Program-made: the position numbers and the translations under genes
From: Antedon mediterranea
Lineage: Eukaryota > Animalia > Echinodermata
Length of the DNA: 64,000 nucleotides
NCBI RefSeq assembly: GCF_964355755.1
Contig: NC_092673.1
Span: forward strand, 29,013,648 to 29,077,647
Direction: 5' to 3'
The notes under the pieces: model-generated
What the model saw: only the letters and a program-made list of their open reading frames with translations
The model's database searches: none
What the model was told of the DNA's origin: nothing
Part shown: in pieces, positions 1 to 13,600 of the stretch
How positions within the stretch are numbered: the first letter of the stretch is position 1
How the letters are laid out: every line of letters begins with the position of its first letter

Positions 1-92
1 TCACCTGCTGTTAAGACCAACTCCTGCCCTTTATAATCTTTTTGCTATTTTTTAACAATTAAATATTGATGATCTTTTTTTATTCTTTACAG

Positions 93-180
93 GAAACAGA
101 CTGGAGGGAAGATCAATTTAATTCAGTATCGCCAAGCTACTGCAAATTTGAATCATTCTTCAAATATATTTAGCACTTAA
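93..180 (+). other. Possible terminal exon of an upstream gene that lies outside the window
   Basis: A polypyrimidine tract and TTTACAG end at 92. Two frames stay open for about 27 codons (ETDWREDQ...FKYI*, KQTGGKIN...IFST*), followed by an AT-rich tract with AATAAA near 621 and 798. I do not recognise the protein. Confidence 0.35.
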
Positions 181-1647
181 ATATTGCTTATTAGTGTAAA
201 TTGTTTCTTTTGCGCTTTATTTTGTTGCTTTTAATGAATTTAATGAAAGCCCATCTGAAATCGTCACAAACTACAAATCACTGTTTGAATTAAAAATGAT
301 TAAAATTACATAAAAATACACTCCCCTGTTAAAGTAAGTTATTTTTTATATTTATTTTGCTGCATTTAAAAAATTTGTATTCCTATTATTTACTTATTTT
401 TTTAAATAATGTGTTTACTGTAAAAACGAAACACTATATTATAATTACGGGAGATAAAACCCTAAAGCTTCTGTTTAAATAAATACATGTAATGTTATAG
501 TTATGTTGCTGCATTTAATGAATGCTTATTTCTGTTTGTTAATTTATTATGCTTAGATTTTGTTTGCAAGCGATAATTTATTTTTTGCTTATTGAAATAT
601 TTCATAGTATTTCTGAAATGAATAAAGGATTACTTTGCACTAATGATATTGATTATTGTTTATTTTCTTGTGTCAAATACTAAGTGAAACTAGAGATTAC
701 TATGTTCATATATGAAGAAGAAAAGAAAGAAATGTATGAAAAACAGTATTAAAAGTTTAGGGTTTATATCATAGTAGATTTCATTTTTCCCACTATTAAA
801 TAAAAGAAAACAAATCGATTTAAAAATCAAAGACCTATTTTTTTTTTAAAGATTGAGAAATGTAACTTAGTGTAGGTCAGTGACTCTAGTGACTAATAAC
901 TTGACTTATTACATAATAGTTATTTTGAGTAGTACCTTCTTCAAACTATAGAGGGCGTGTTTAGGATGATAAAAACAACAACCAGAGAAAAATAAAAAGG
1001 CAAGTCTTCAATATTCGTCGACAGAAGAAATCGTCTGGTAAATTTTAATGTTTTTTACAATCATTTGTGATCATAGATATAGTCGTCTGTATAATTAAGT
1101 CTAGCATAAACTATTTTTACGCCGACTTAATTCTAGGCCTTGCCTAATAATAATAGCTTAGGCCAAGCAAACCAAAAAAGAAGTCTAGGCCTAGGCCCTA
1201 GGCTATATGGCCTACTAGCTAGCTAGGGTACTAGGCTATGCTAGGCCTTCCTTCTAGTCTAGGCCCTTTAGGGCCCGATTGTGCCTGACAGTGACATGCT
1301 TCCCGTTGTTTGGTACGTGGTACTGGTAGGCATAATCTGCCTTAAAGAAAGATCAGACGTGATCCAAGTTTCAAAGATTTGATAATTACAATTTTTTTTG
1401 CGTGTTGTTTTTTGTGTTTGCTCTCAAACCGGTCATCATCCAGCAAAGTATATGTAGTACAGAGATGCATATGATTGTAAATTCTCTTTTTTATGAGTCA
1501 TGCATGCATGAGACCAACTTACTATCCATGGCATAGAAGTTTGCCCAAAATAGGAAAGTTCATTTTTATTCACAAGAGGTTTTAAGGACACATTTTTGTG
1601 AATAATTATGTTTTTATATTGAAGGTTTTTGTCAAAACAAGATTATT

Positions 1648-4600
1648 ATGCCATTTTTAAGGAAAAAACAAAGCCATGAGGGAAAGAAGAAAATGGAACA
1701 TAAAATGTACTTGGTAAGATTCATTTGCTTCTGTTCATTTTTAGAGAAATTACATTCTTCCATGTTTTACAATATTTAATTATGATATTAATTGGATCTA
1801 CCTACCTACCTACCTACCTGTATTAATGCTTCTGTGCCCGTCTTGACAAGAACATATTCTTCTTTGATGGGCTATATTTTAACAGGTGATCAGACCAGAA
1901 CTTTTTTAGTGCAGTTATAAATTGGTTTAGAATTTAAAATATTGTAAATTGTAGTTCTGTTTTTTTTTTAGGCACGAGAGAGTCCTGAGCCAACCTTTGA
2001 CCTGTCGGATTGCGAGATGACAGAAGTAAGATAGTTTATATTTAAATTGTCAATTTTGCGTGAGTTACAAAAGTGAAACATATCTACTTTAGATAGTAGC
2101 CTCAATTTTAAATCGGAATATTGTAAATGTATTTGTATTGTATCCCTACAGGTGCCTCCTGGTGTGTACTCACTCTGCAATGTGCTTAGGAAGGAGGTAA
2201 AACCAATTTCTGTATATCAACATCATGTTTTTTGTTTGTTATTATTTCTTTATACTGAACAGAGGGCCCAGTTTATGATCTGTGTGTGATAGTGGTTGTG
2301 AGTGATAGTGGCTGTGTGTGTACTACTACCCCGAGGTAACCCCCTACTTGTCTCGAAAGATGTACTATGTTCTTTAAAGTGCAGATGTGTAAACTGGACC
2401 TATGGGTTATAGTCAGAGATGACGCGTTCTACCACCACGTTGTACCATAAATCGAACATTACCAGAACCATGGAGAGAGTAAGCCTCAAATCTTCGCTGA
2501 TGTTATTGCTGTTTCCACTGTCTTAAACATTGGACCATTTACTCTCATATTTATTTCTTACTCCATCCGAAACTCCTTTTCATTTTTAAATTGTCATTAT
2601 TTTTATTCCTTTTCTATGTACAATGTTTAGGGCTTGTTGTTACATAACAATAATTTGATGACATTGAAAGGAGGTGGACAAATGAAAGACCTTTGCAATT
2701 TAAGGGTATGTAAATCATGAACACCTACCTGGATAAACTATCTATGACCAATGTTTTTGGATGATATTGTCCCTAAAACAATAATGGAACCATCCAATCT
2801 AAGATTCCATTATTAATAATAAATATATTGACAAAAATATCATTGATATTTTTAACTATGTTGACCCTTAAAGAGATGTGACAAAATGAATATTAGGTCA
2901 TGTCAGAATACAATGTAATAATAAGTAATTTAAATAACTTTTTTCCAGGTGATTGATTTGCATAGTAATGATATTCGAGAATTGCCTGATGACATCACTC
3001 AGCTAATCTGCTTACAGGTGATGAATTTACAAGATAATAAAATTAAACTTTTGCCAAAAGAGATTGGAAAACTGAAATCACTACAGACACTCAACTTAAA
3101 AGGTTTTTTTTCTCATTATTTATATAAAATAGAAATATAGAATTGGCTCGGCAACTGATAATAATGCTAACAATTAACAAAAAATAAACAGTAGTTGAAT
3201 TAAATTATAATATATATAGGCAAGTGAGTGGCCAAACAGTTAAGACAATGGACCAGTAATTACATAGCCATAAAATCAGCAAGGTTTCAAGGCTCACTCG
3301 CTCAGGGTTCTGGTGGTAGAACGAGTCTTCTTGGATAAGGACTACAAACCATAGATCCAGTGTACACATCTAGCTCATGTGCACTTTACCTAGACATCTA
3401 GTACATCTTTGAGACAAATAGGGGGTTACCCCGGGGTAGTTGTACACACACACACAGCCACTGTCTCTCAGCCACTAATCATAACTGGGCCCTCTGGGAG
3501 AACAGTCTTTGACTGAAGAAGCTACACAGTATAAACAATAAATAAATATTATTTAGTTCAAATTTGTGTAATTTATTTATGTCTATAGGCAATCAGCTGC
3601 AAGGTCTGCCTGGTTCAGTACGTGAGATGAAATCATTAAGAATGTTGGATGTCGTGGGCAACCCTAAGCTCACCAAGCTGCCCTTAGAGCTGTGTTATGT
3701 TAGGACACTAGAGGTTAGAAATTATCATTAAATATACATGCGGCTTATAAATAATAGCAGAAAGTACCATATAATATTTAATAGTACAAATCGTGTTAAA
3801 GTGAAGACGTAATGTAAATATGATGTTTTTACCCTTATTAATCTATTATTATTTAATGGTATTTCTCTGACTGGGTTTATGTTTTATTGAATGATTGTAG
3901 TATATCTAGTCCAACTTGTATAAGGTGAAAAGAGGTATCCAATTTAGGACCCATTTTGCACCTTCAAATAAGAGGTCTTGTAGGCAGTAGTAGAGAATAT
4001 ATCTATATACACTATAAATATGATTTTGTTTGTATATCCAAACTAATTTTAAGAGATTTGGATGACAGATAACTGGAGGTAGAGATTTCCTGATATTTAA
4101 GTAATCTCTCTTAAATACCAGGCTGAGGAAACTGTTGTATTTATCTAAAGACTTGGGAGGTCATTAATATCCTATAATTTGTACAGCAATGAAATGGCTT
4201 AACAAAATGATTTTTGTTTTCCTATAGACTTTATCGTTAGACGCTGATCAGTTCAAAGTGCCTCCCTCTAGTGTTTGTTCAGGCGGAACTGAAGCCATTA
4301 TGCGATATCTCTGTGCAGGTAATAAACATTTATCTTCAAACCTCATCACTTCACACAACTTCAAATCTGTCTGAAGTTCTTGGCAAACATCTATTTATCA
4401 TTGTGTACAGTCTATTTCATGAGAGCCTACTACTGTACAACTAAGATTTGCCATTATTTATTATTCCCAGAGGTGAAAGATAAATAAAATGGAACCATCT
4501 GGCATCTATATTTTAGTTCCAATCAGATAAATTTTAAGTTTAAGCAGATGCTCTGAAAAAATGCATCTAGAATTATTTGTTTGCAATGCTCATTCAACCT

Positions 4601-7600
4601 TAAGCTCTGTTGATGATGATGTCATATCACTACCATATCAGGGCTGCGGGGGTATAAAAATGAGGGGGGGGGGGGGGGGCTTTAAAAAAAAAAGTAATTA
4701 TAGGTTGTTTCAATCGATTTCTGAGCACATAAATTGGGTTATGCACATTTTAGGCACTGGTCCTGATGCGCCACTTATATTCACGCAAGATCTATTCTTT
4801 TTACGGTACAGAAAGAAATCACTGCTTTGTATACGCGTAACCTTTCGTAGCCTACGCGTAAATAGATCGTAGGTCATTGTTCTCTAAACATATCCTGCAA
4901 TTTACAAAGTATTGTTCGTTGCCTACGATGTATTGTTTATGAAATCTACGCGTCGATACACCAATGTCATCGCCTTTAGGAGCATGAACAATGGAAACAA
5001 ACATGTATTGTTGGCTAATTAAAATTCTAGAAGACGTTAATTTGTGTTGCCGCCCTACACATCGGTTGTCCTAATTTGGCAGGACATCCGCCGACGAGAC
5101 AACATATCGGGCCCGAGGCCCTCAACTCACGCAGAGAGACTTTCGGCGGCCTACATGATTCAATCCGGCCATTCAATCCTACCTGGTTTAGCGAATTATA
5201 AAAACAACAACACCTTGGCTAGGTAGTAGGACACCAACAAAATATATGCAAAATAAATATATATTCCATGTTAAGATTTAACATATAGGCCTTTGTAAAT
5301 TATTATTACGATAAAAGGCCCGACCACGAATCGTGGGAACAGTTTAGAGCTGTATTACGTTTCATGTGACGCAAAATTCAGGTACAAGTATTCTGTTTTG
5401 TAGCCACCCCTCGTATATATACTGAGTAAAAAAAAACATGCGAGAGGTTTGCGGTGTGGTGTAAAACAGAGTATCGCGTTCCCGATCGCGTTACATGACA
5501 TGTGACCAAAAAACTAGGTCTGTATTAATTACGGTCTTCTGTCGGCAGTCTTTTTGAGCGACCAATTGAACGTTCTGATACTATATTTAGAATGAATTGT
5601 TTACGATCTTTTTGTTTGCATGTTTTTGGATCGACTGGACGTTCGCTATATTATTTTTATTAGTTGTCATAGTTCATTGTGTTGGATCGTGTCTACGTTT
5701 ACATTGTGGGAAATTTTTATTCGCCGTTGAGAGTAAAAAAACACACGAATGAAACATTTACGAATAAAAAATATTATATTATATATTTCTTAGTAATGTA
5801 CAAAAATTGGTCCTCCTCCGCCAGTCAAAATTAACACATCAAATAATAATAATGTTCACACCTTGTTACTTACTAAGAACATCGTGAGGTTACTAGCTGA
5901 ATTGATTGTACACTCATTTGTCACTTCTAAAATTGACATTGGTAATGCCTTGTTGTTTGGCATACCAAAATCTCAAATACAACGTTTGCAGCGCTTGCAA
6001 AATATGGCAGCTAGAATTGTAACTTATACAAAATCAAACGCTCACATAACTCCTGTCCTGATGGATTTGCATTGGTTGCCTGTTCAACAACGTATTAAGT
6101 ACAAACTTGCGTTGTTTGTATTCAAGATCCTAAATGACAGTGCTCCTGCTTATTTATCTGACCTTGTGGATCGTTACGAATCATCCCGCAGAGGCCTACG
6201 ATCATTGTCACAAAACCTTCTTCAAGAGCGTAGAGCGAAAAATCAGTGGGGTCAGAGATCTTTTTACGTTGCGGCCGCAAGTGTATGGAACAGCTTGCCA
6301 GCAACAGTTAAATGCTCAACTAGTCTAAACAGTTTCAAGACCAACCTAAAGACGTCGCTATTCGCTGATGTTCTCGCACGTTGTTAATGCACAAAGCGCC
6401 ATGAGCGCCACATGGGTGGAGGATACCGGCGCTATATAAGTTTTCATTTATTATTATTATTACTAACGAAGCCAAACAATGTAACCTACAAAGCCAACAA
6501 CGTAGCCTGTTTTATCTACAAAACTACTTCGTAGGAAAAGTTGCGGTATTTTCTCTGATATATAATTTTCGATAATCAGAATCTGGAATAAAGTATTAAA
6601 TCTACTGATAAACAATACTGCTGTTTAATCTATATAATGAATAGATATTATTATATATATCATTAATTACATTATTTAGTAATCATGATATAACCATTAT
6701 ACTGCCTAAAAAATGCTGATGGCTGCGCGGCGACAATCCTTTGTATCTGCCGCGCCAGCCGCGCCCTGGCTAACTTCTGTGTACGGCGGTACAATTGTTT
6801 TTTTATATTCCTTCTTTAAAACGGAGGTGATTTTCCACGAGGTTTGTGTCGTCCGCGCGTCACACTGTGCTGTGTGTTTGGTGTCCTTTTGTGTGATTGG
6901 GTGACTAGTGGAAACTCCTGAGCCTTCCGTAGTAGAGAGATTAAATTACAACACAGTGTTTGAAATAGGGAAAACACACCTGACTTCAATTTGAAACAAC
7001 TCGCACAAGCATACGATCTTGTCGCGCTATGCGCAACCTATTCTGTTTCTTTAGTCGCAAACAGAAAAATTAGGTTGCAAATGCGACCAAATACCCCTTA
7101 ATTTGCAGCCCTGCATATATGGACACATCACACTTTTTTTGTCAATCTAGTTTGATAATGTAGACAGAGCTTTAGTCATTATGTTCTTAACTACTTTATA
7201 ATTTGATTATGGGTGCGTTTTTCTTTACAGAATGTGGAACAGATTATAGCCCTCCGAGCCAACATCTTCTAAATATTCTTGATCCCCCAGTATTCACAGC
7301 AGGCAATCATCAAGCGCATTCTCTGAGGGCGATAGAGCAGGAAGATGCTGCCCTCGAGAACTCGATTATGCAGTACGAGAAGATTAAGGTAAATTTATTG
7401 TTTAAATTTCAACTATTTTGCCCATTTCAATAATACAAAGTTGGATGCCATATTGTAGCTAGCTGGTTGCCAGTTTTAAAATTGTATAACCTTAGCACTA
7501 ACCAGGCTGAGGCATGACAACTAAAGCACAATGACCTTTGCTGACCACTAGCCTGGTCAAAAGAAACAAAACCCTCTTTCTTTAGCACTCTATCTTATAT

Positions 7601-10600
7601 TGTTTTTTTAAACAAGAAGCAAAACACTTTATTTCTATCAATTAATTTTGTTACTTTTTCTCTATTTCTGATTTGATTCTTGTGTCTTATCTTTCTATGA
7701 AATTTGATTGGTTGTTTCATTGCCATGGTGAATGACAAGGAGGTTGGTTAAATAGTAGAATGCATGTTGTCAGGGGTGATGTATGTATGTTGCTTGGCGA
7801 CCATTCCAAAATACATTGCATGATCCAAAGTGTATCCTATCCTGATTTTTCTTGTCTTTGTAAACCCCTGTTTACACTAACAAACGTTATGTTTAAAAAA
7901 ATGTGATGTTCCCATATATGGACATGACGATGTCATGTCACTACAATATTTAGGCACATCACTACCATATTTGGGCACATCACATTGTTTTGTTACATAA
8001 AGTTTGATAGTGTAGACAGAGCTTAAGGAGTAAGTGTGAATAGTGTTCTACTAAATATTATATTTTTTCTTAGTTATGATTTTATCCAAATATTGATTAT
8101 TAGTAATTGACTAACTATAGTTAAATATTGTTTTTAGTCGTTTCTCTTTTAAATAAATGTATGTGATACCTGTATTAGATAAATACTAGAGCACACACTT
8201 GTATACTTGCTTTAAAGCTCTGTCTACACTATCTGACAAAAAAGTATGATGTGCCCAAATATGGTAGTGACGTCATCATGTCTATATATGGGCTCATCAC
8301 ATTTTTTGTCACATAAAGTTTGATAGTGTAGACAGAGCTTAAGAAAATTTGAGAATAAATATGTATATTAAAGCCCCATTCCCTACGTTTTTTAGATCTA
8401 ATTTAAGATCACAAACTATATTTAATGTAAAAATAATACTATATGGTCCTATTGCGATAACTTTTTTTGTCTTTAAACTGTTAAAAATGTGAAAAATAAG
8501 TCGATTCTAATAATTATAGCGGCCCGCTATAAATCCCAAAATGCATTGCGCGCAGATTGATATTTTTGTTTTTCACCTGTAATTCGCCCACTTTTCGATA
8601 GATCGTGAGGCCAAAACAAATGGAAGACTCCTAACTTTTCAGCGAAAATACCGGGTTTTTCCCAATTTGTATCAACGGAGTCTGGCAAAAATAGAAAGAC
8701 AATTAATGCAGCAACTATACAACGTCAGGCTAGGTATATCGCGTACGATGTTCGTACGTTACCGATGTTTACCAGCTAAGCCTACAAAACTAAGCCTAAC
8801 TAGGCTAGGCCTAAGACCGTCCACGAGAGGTCGATCGCCGCGAGCTACTTAGGTAGTGCATTGTTTCTCACTTTTTATCATAATTTACCATAAAACGTAC
8901 ATTTAAGACAAGAAATGACATGGTTTAATGTTTTTAAAGTGATATATATGTATTATTTTCTAAAAAACGTCCAAAATTGCAGGGAAGGGGTCTTTAAGTA
9001 AGGCCTAGTCTGGAGAATAGCCATGGAATGAACAAACAAATGATTTAACATTCTCAGGTTTCCTCACAGCTTTATTACTATAGTAAATATCTATTATGAT
9101 TCTGTATGTAATAAGTGTTGATTTTGTAGTGTTATGCATGTAGTGTCGGATTCCAAAACCTCCTGCTAGAGTTTTAACCCACCTCATTTTATCAACAACC
9201 AACGTTTTTTGACAACTTACAACTTTATTATTACTGATTATAAATTCAGAACGTTTGATTTGCGACGACCTAATAATAATAATATAATAATATAACAATT
9301 TATATAGCACACATCCACTAAAAGTGCTCAAGACCTAGGACTTGAAAAATATTAATAAGGAGGTCAAAGGTCAGTAAGAAAGATCGGTTATTATAGTAAT
9401 AGTAAAATCATCAATCATCAGTTTTGATGCTCTGTCTACACTATCAGTACCATATTTGAGAATATCACTACCATATCACACTTTTTTTGATAGTGTAGAC
9501 ATAGCTTTTATCTGAATTATTTCAGGAACAAAAACGTTTGGAACATTTGACTGTGGAAAAAGAAATGCACAGGTACGACGAGGAAACGGCTAAGCTGATG
9601 ATAAAGAACAATCACCAGAGACAACGGCTTGTCATGGACCTAGCTAGGGTCAGAAGAATTACTTATTTATAAATTAATAAAGTTTAGTAATGTACTATGT
9701 AGGAACATTGATTTTCAATAGGAAGATTAGAAATCGAGTTAAACCCAAGACTTCTTCACAACCCTGATTAAGATAATGTTGACAAACTATCATACTTAAG
9801 TAGGCAGTGTCTATAAACACTCTAGTACCCCTAAAAAGTCTACACACACCAGGCATCAACACCAACGTTGATTAAAGTTAATAAGCAATTGGAAGGAAAT
9901 ATTACAGTACTTTGTACTTAATTTATTATTAACATATTTTAATGTAAATTAAAAATAATTTTATTTTATAGTTGTTTATTTATAATTTAATTTAGCATTT
10001 ACATATATAAACTATAGGCTTAATATAATTAAGTTATTCTTTTAAGATATTAACTTTATCATCATCTGTATTATATATATTATTTGTAATAATTAGTCAC
10101 TGGTTGGAGGTACACACCTAATTTGTGACAGTGGCTTAGGCTGCTTTTGTGCTTTCCTGGCAGCTAGTGACTATGATTTTATATTTTCTTTTGCGTTGTG
10201 TTTGTTTAATTTGTTGATTTGTATTATATTTTGTAAAATGTATCTTTTGCCTGAAATAAATAATAATAATGTTTTTGCCTCGCTGTGTGCAAACTCCAGA
10301 TTTTTCTAGCCAGTGTGAATGTGTTATATCACTTTTGACAGAGTATAAATCATTTTTGATTTTTTATTTATGAAAATTAGGATCAGCATCAGCTTGATAG
10401 TGGAATAGCTAAACTACAAACAGTGAGTGATGTGAGCAGAAAGAAAATGGTTGCTACACTATCAGATGGTGAGTATTCACTCAAGTGTAAATTTGAATTT
10501 TTGAATTTCTTTATTTAGTAATCAAGGTTAAAAAACAATAAAAACAATGCAAAAAAAAGTAGAAAAAACAATTGCACAGAAACACAGGCCTTGATTACAA

Positions 10601-13600
10601 GGAATGCCAAGAAAAGTTAAAAACTTATTTCCACTTGGGTCCTAAAAACAAGGAACTGATAAAGAACATACAAATTACATCAAAAGAATCCTTAAAAAAT
10701 GGTATAAAAATATATAAGTTTAAAAATAACACCAAGGTCACTGACTGACCTGCCTAAGTCAAAACATTTTAAAAATAAGTTTGTGATATAATAATGTGAC
10801 TTTGGTAGTGCCAATTTATTCCTTTTTAATTTTATAATTAGTAATAGTAATAAATAAGTTTTTTTATTTAGTTGAACATCAATCTGATCATCTTTTGAAG
10901 CAGCTGTTAGAAATAAATGAAAAGTGAGTAATAATTTATATTCTTTTCGATAAAAGATTAATTATTAATTGAATTGCTATTCAAGATTATTGTATTACAA
11001 GTATAAATATAGTAATAATATCTGTTGATTGTTCAGCGCTTAGAGGCGCCCTGCATTTTGCACTATATAAACTGAACATTCAAGTTTATATCATAAATAA
11101 ATAAATATAATTGTGTGAGGAGGACGTTGTTATTATTACTTTATACTTATTTGTACATGAGTAACGAAAGACAAATGGATGATGAACTTTATATTTTAAT
11201 AATTGTGACCATTTTTTTAATTGAATGCATTAAAAATTAGTGATGAAAATGTTTTTTTTTTCAGAGCTCGTAAACAAGAGGCACTTATTGAACAATTGGA
11301 AAAAGAACGGTGAGTGTATGGTACATTTATATATACATTTTTTTAAACTGTACTTAAGTTAACTGCATGGCATAATAACTGAGACCGTCGTCAGGAAATT
11401 CTCAAGTATGCTTTAGGAAACACATTGAATGAATAGAATGCGACTCAAGCGCTAAACCTCAGATCATTTTCTAAACAGGACCATATGTAAAACAGGTGCT
11501 GCATCTATACCTGATATGTTTTTATCCTGTTTAAATATGTTCTAAAAAAAATTAAAATAAAATAAATAAATCATTAGTTTGAACCCTGGTTAGCGACGAT
11601 ATCTCAGTTTGGGTGCTGACACAAACTTTCTCTTGATCTCGTTTTTACAGCATTTTTGTTTTTTTTGCACTTTACAAATTCATAACCAATAATCATTTGT
11701 ATTTATGACCAGTTACTACCTTTATCAATCTCCTTATTTACCCTTGTTTGTTTGGCTTCATCAATACTTTGTATCTTGCTTAGTGTATGTACCGTCTGTA
11801 ACCTCTGTTTGTCTCTGTCCATTGATCTGCATTTTTACAACTTTTTTTCTCTCCGAGCTTATTAGATTTCTCCAGATACAATGCATAAACTATTTGCTGT
11901 ACATATTTTTGTTATATTTTGAATTTGCTTTGTGTAAATAAATTAATCAATTTGTTAAACACCACTGATATGTGTCTTACATAGCCACTTCTCAATAGCT
12001 ACAATAGTTAATTATGATACTTTTTGTGAACATTTGTGAATTGTTATTTGTAGAATGGAATTGGAAGAGATCTTTAAGGTAGCAACGGAGGAACATGCTA
12101 GCCTCCGTAAACAGGAGATCATGGACGGCATCAATCTTATTCTGAATGAAAGCTTTACAATTGAAAAGTTACGAATCGCTTATGAAAGAAATAAAGAAGA
12201 TATTATGAGGAAGGCTCAGTCAAGGTAAGTTACGAATGGCTTATGAAAGAAATAAAGAAGATATTATGAGGAAGGCTCAGTCAAGGTAAGTTACGAATGG
12301 CTTATGAAAGAAATAAAGAAGATATTATGAGGAAGGCTCAGTCAAGGTAAGTTACGAATGGCTTATGAAAGAAATAAAGAAGACATTATGAGGAAGGCTC
12401 AGTCAAGGTAAGTTACGAATGGCTTATGAAAGAAATAAAGTAGACATTATGAGGAAGGCTCAGTCAAGGTAAGTTATGAATGGCTTATGAAAGAAATAAA
12501 GAAGACATTATGAGGAAGGCTCAGTCAAGGTAAGTTACGAATGGCTTATGAAAGAAATAAAGAAGATATTATGAGGAAGGCTCAGTCAAGGTTAGAGTTT
12601 TAGAGTTCAGTGGTCACTAAATCAATATATAGAAATTGGATTTTAAAGGTATTTAATGATTGTTGTATTATAACATTACTTATTTTATTCAGTGAAAATG
12701 ATGCATTTGAAAGACTTGGTCACATGTTAAATGCCAAACAAGTTAACCAACAAAGTATTGTACAAGAACTTATGAAGGAAGAGGCCTTCCAGAGAGAGGC
12801 CTTTGAGACCCTGATGGTTGGAAGAGATGCCAGGCACAAGAGACTTACTGGAGAGGTGAAGACAATATCCACTTAATATTGACTTTGTCTACACTATTAA
12901 AGTTTTTGTGACAAACAAAATATTGTAGTGATATTCCCAAATATAGTAGTGATGACATCATCGTGTCCATTGTATGAGCACATCACATTTTTTTGTCGCA
13001 TAAACTTTGATAGTGTATATAGACAGCTTTACTTGCAAGGTGTTTTTTTTTTGCATTTTAAGGTTGTGGTGTTATTTGTTGCACATGTCTACTGCACATA
13101 AATTAGTAGTAAACTCTTGATCAATGTCAATTCTGGTTGACATGTCTGCTTACCCATCCCAGGGTTCTTGGTTCAAATCCTGTCACAGTTCCTGACAGCA
13201 TCACTACCTAAGCCTCATGTCCTGTTATGTACTGTTTAATAGTGTGGAATTTTTTTTTTAAATAATAAAGTGGGTTAAAATATTTATTATTAATGATTTG
13301 TTATAGATTCATTGAAAATTAAAATTTTTTTTAAACAAACCAACATAAGTTCCTAACCTGACAGTCTTAAAATAATAATTACATTTCAAAAACAATACAA
13401 AGTACAAATTTCTCTATAGCTCAAGAACAAATTACACCGACGCCAAATAGTCACGTGGTTAATTCAATAGCTTCATCCATCTACCATGTAGATTGGATGA
13501 TTGAACAGCAAAATCATAAATGCATTTTGTGACCATATTGCCTGCCCTCCCCAACCTGCACAACATGCCATACACCACATTACACTGTAGGACATAGAAG

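Noticed and set aside
3103-3110. Weak donor GTTTTT after LRSAM1 exon 5 as a possible non-canonical intron
   Set aside because: It is still GT-AG with a strong exonic AAG, keeps phase, and has no U12 signature.
11036-11070. TAGAGGCGCC, similar to the promoter motif
   Set aside because: It belongs to an L2-type 3'-end remnant (GCGCTTAGAG...GCACTATATAA) and does not match TAGAKGGCG.
12166-12592. Regularly spaced repeats resembling a CRISPR array
   Set aside because: There are no unique spacers, the unit is LRSAM1 exon sequence, and the context is eukaryotic with no cas genes.
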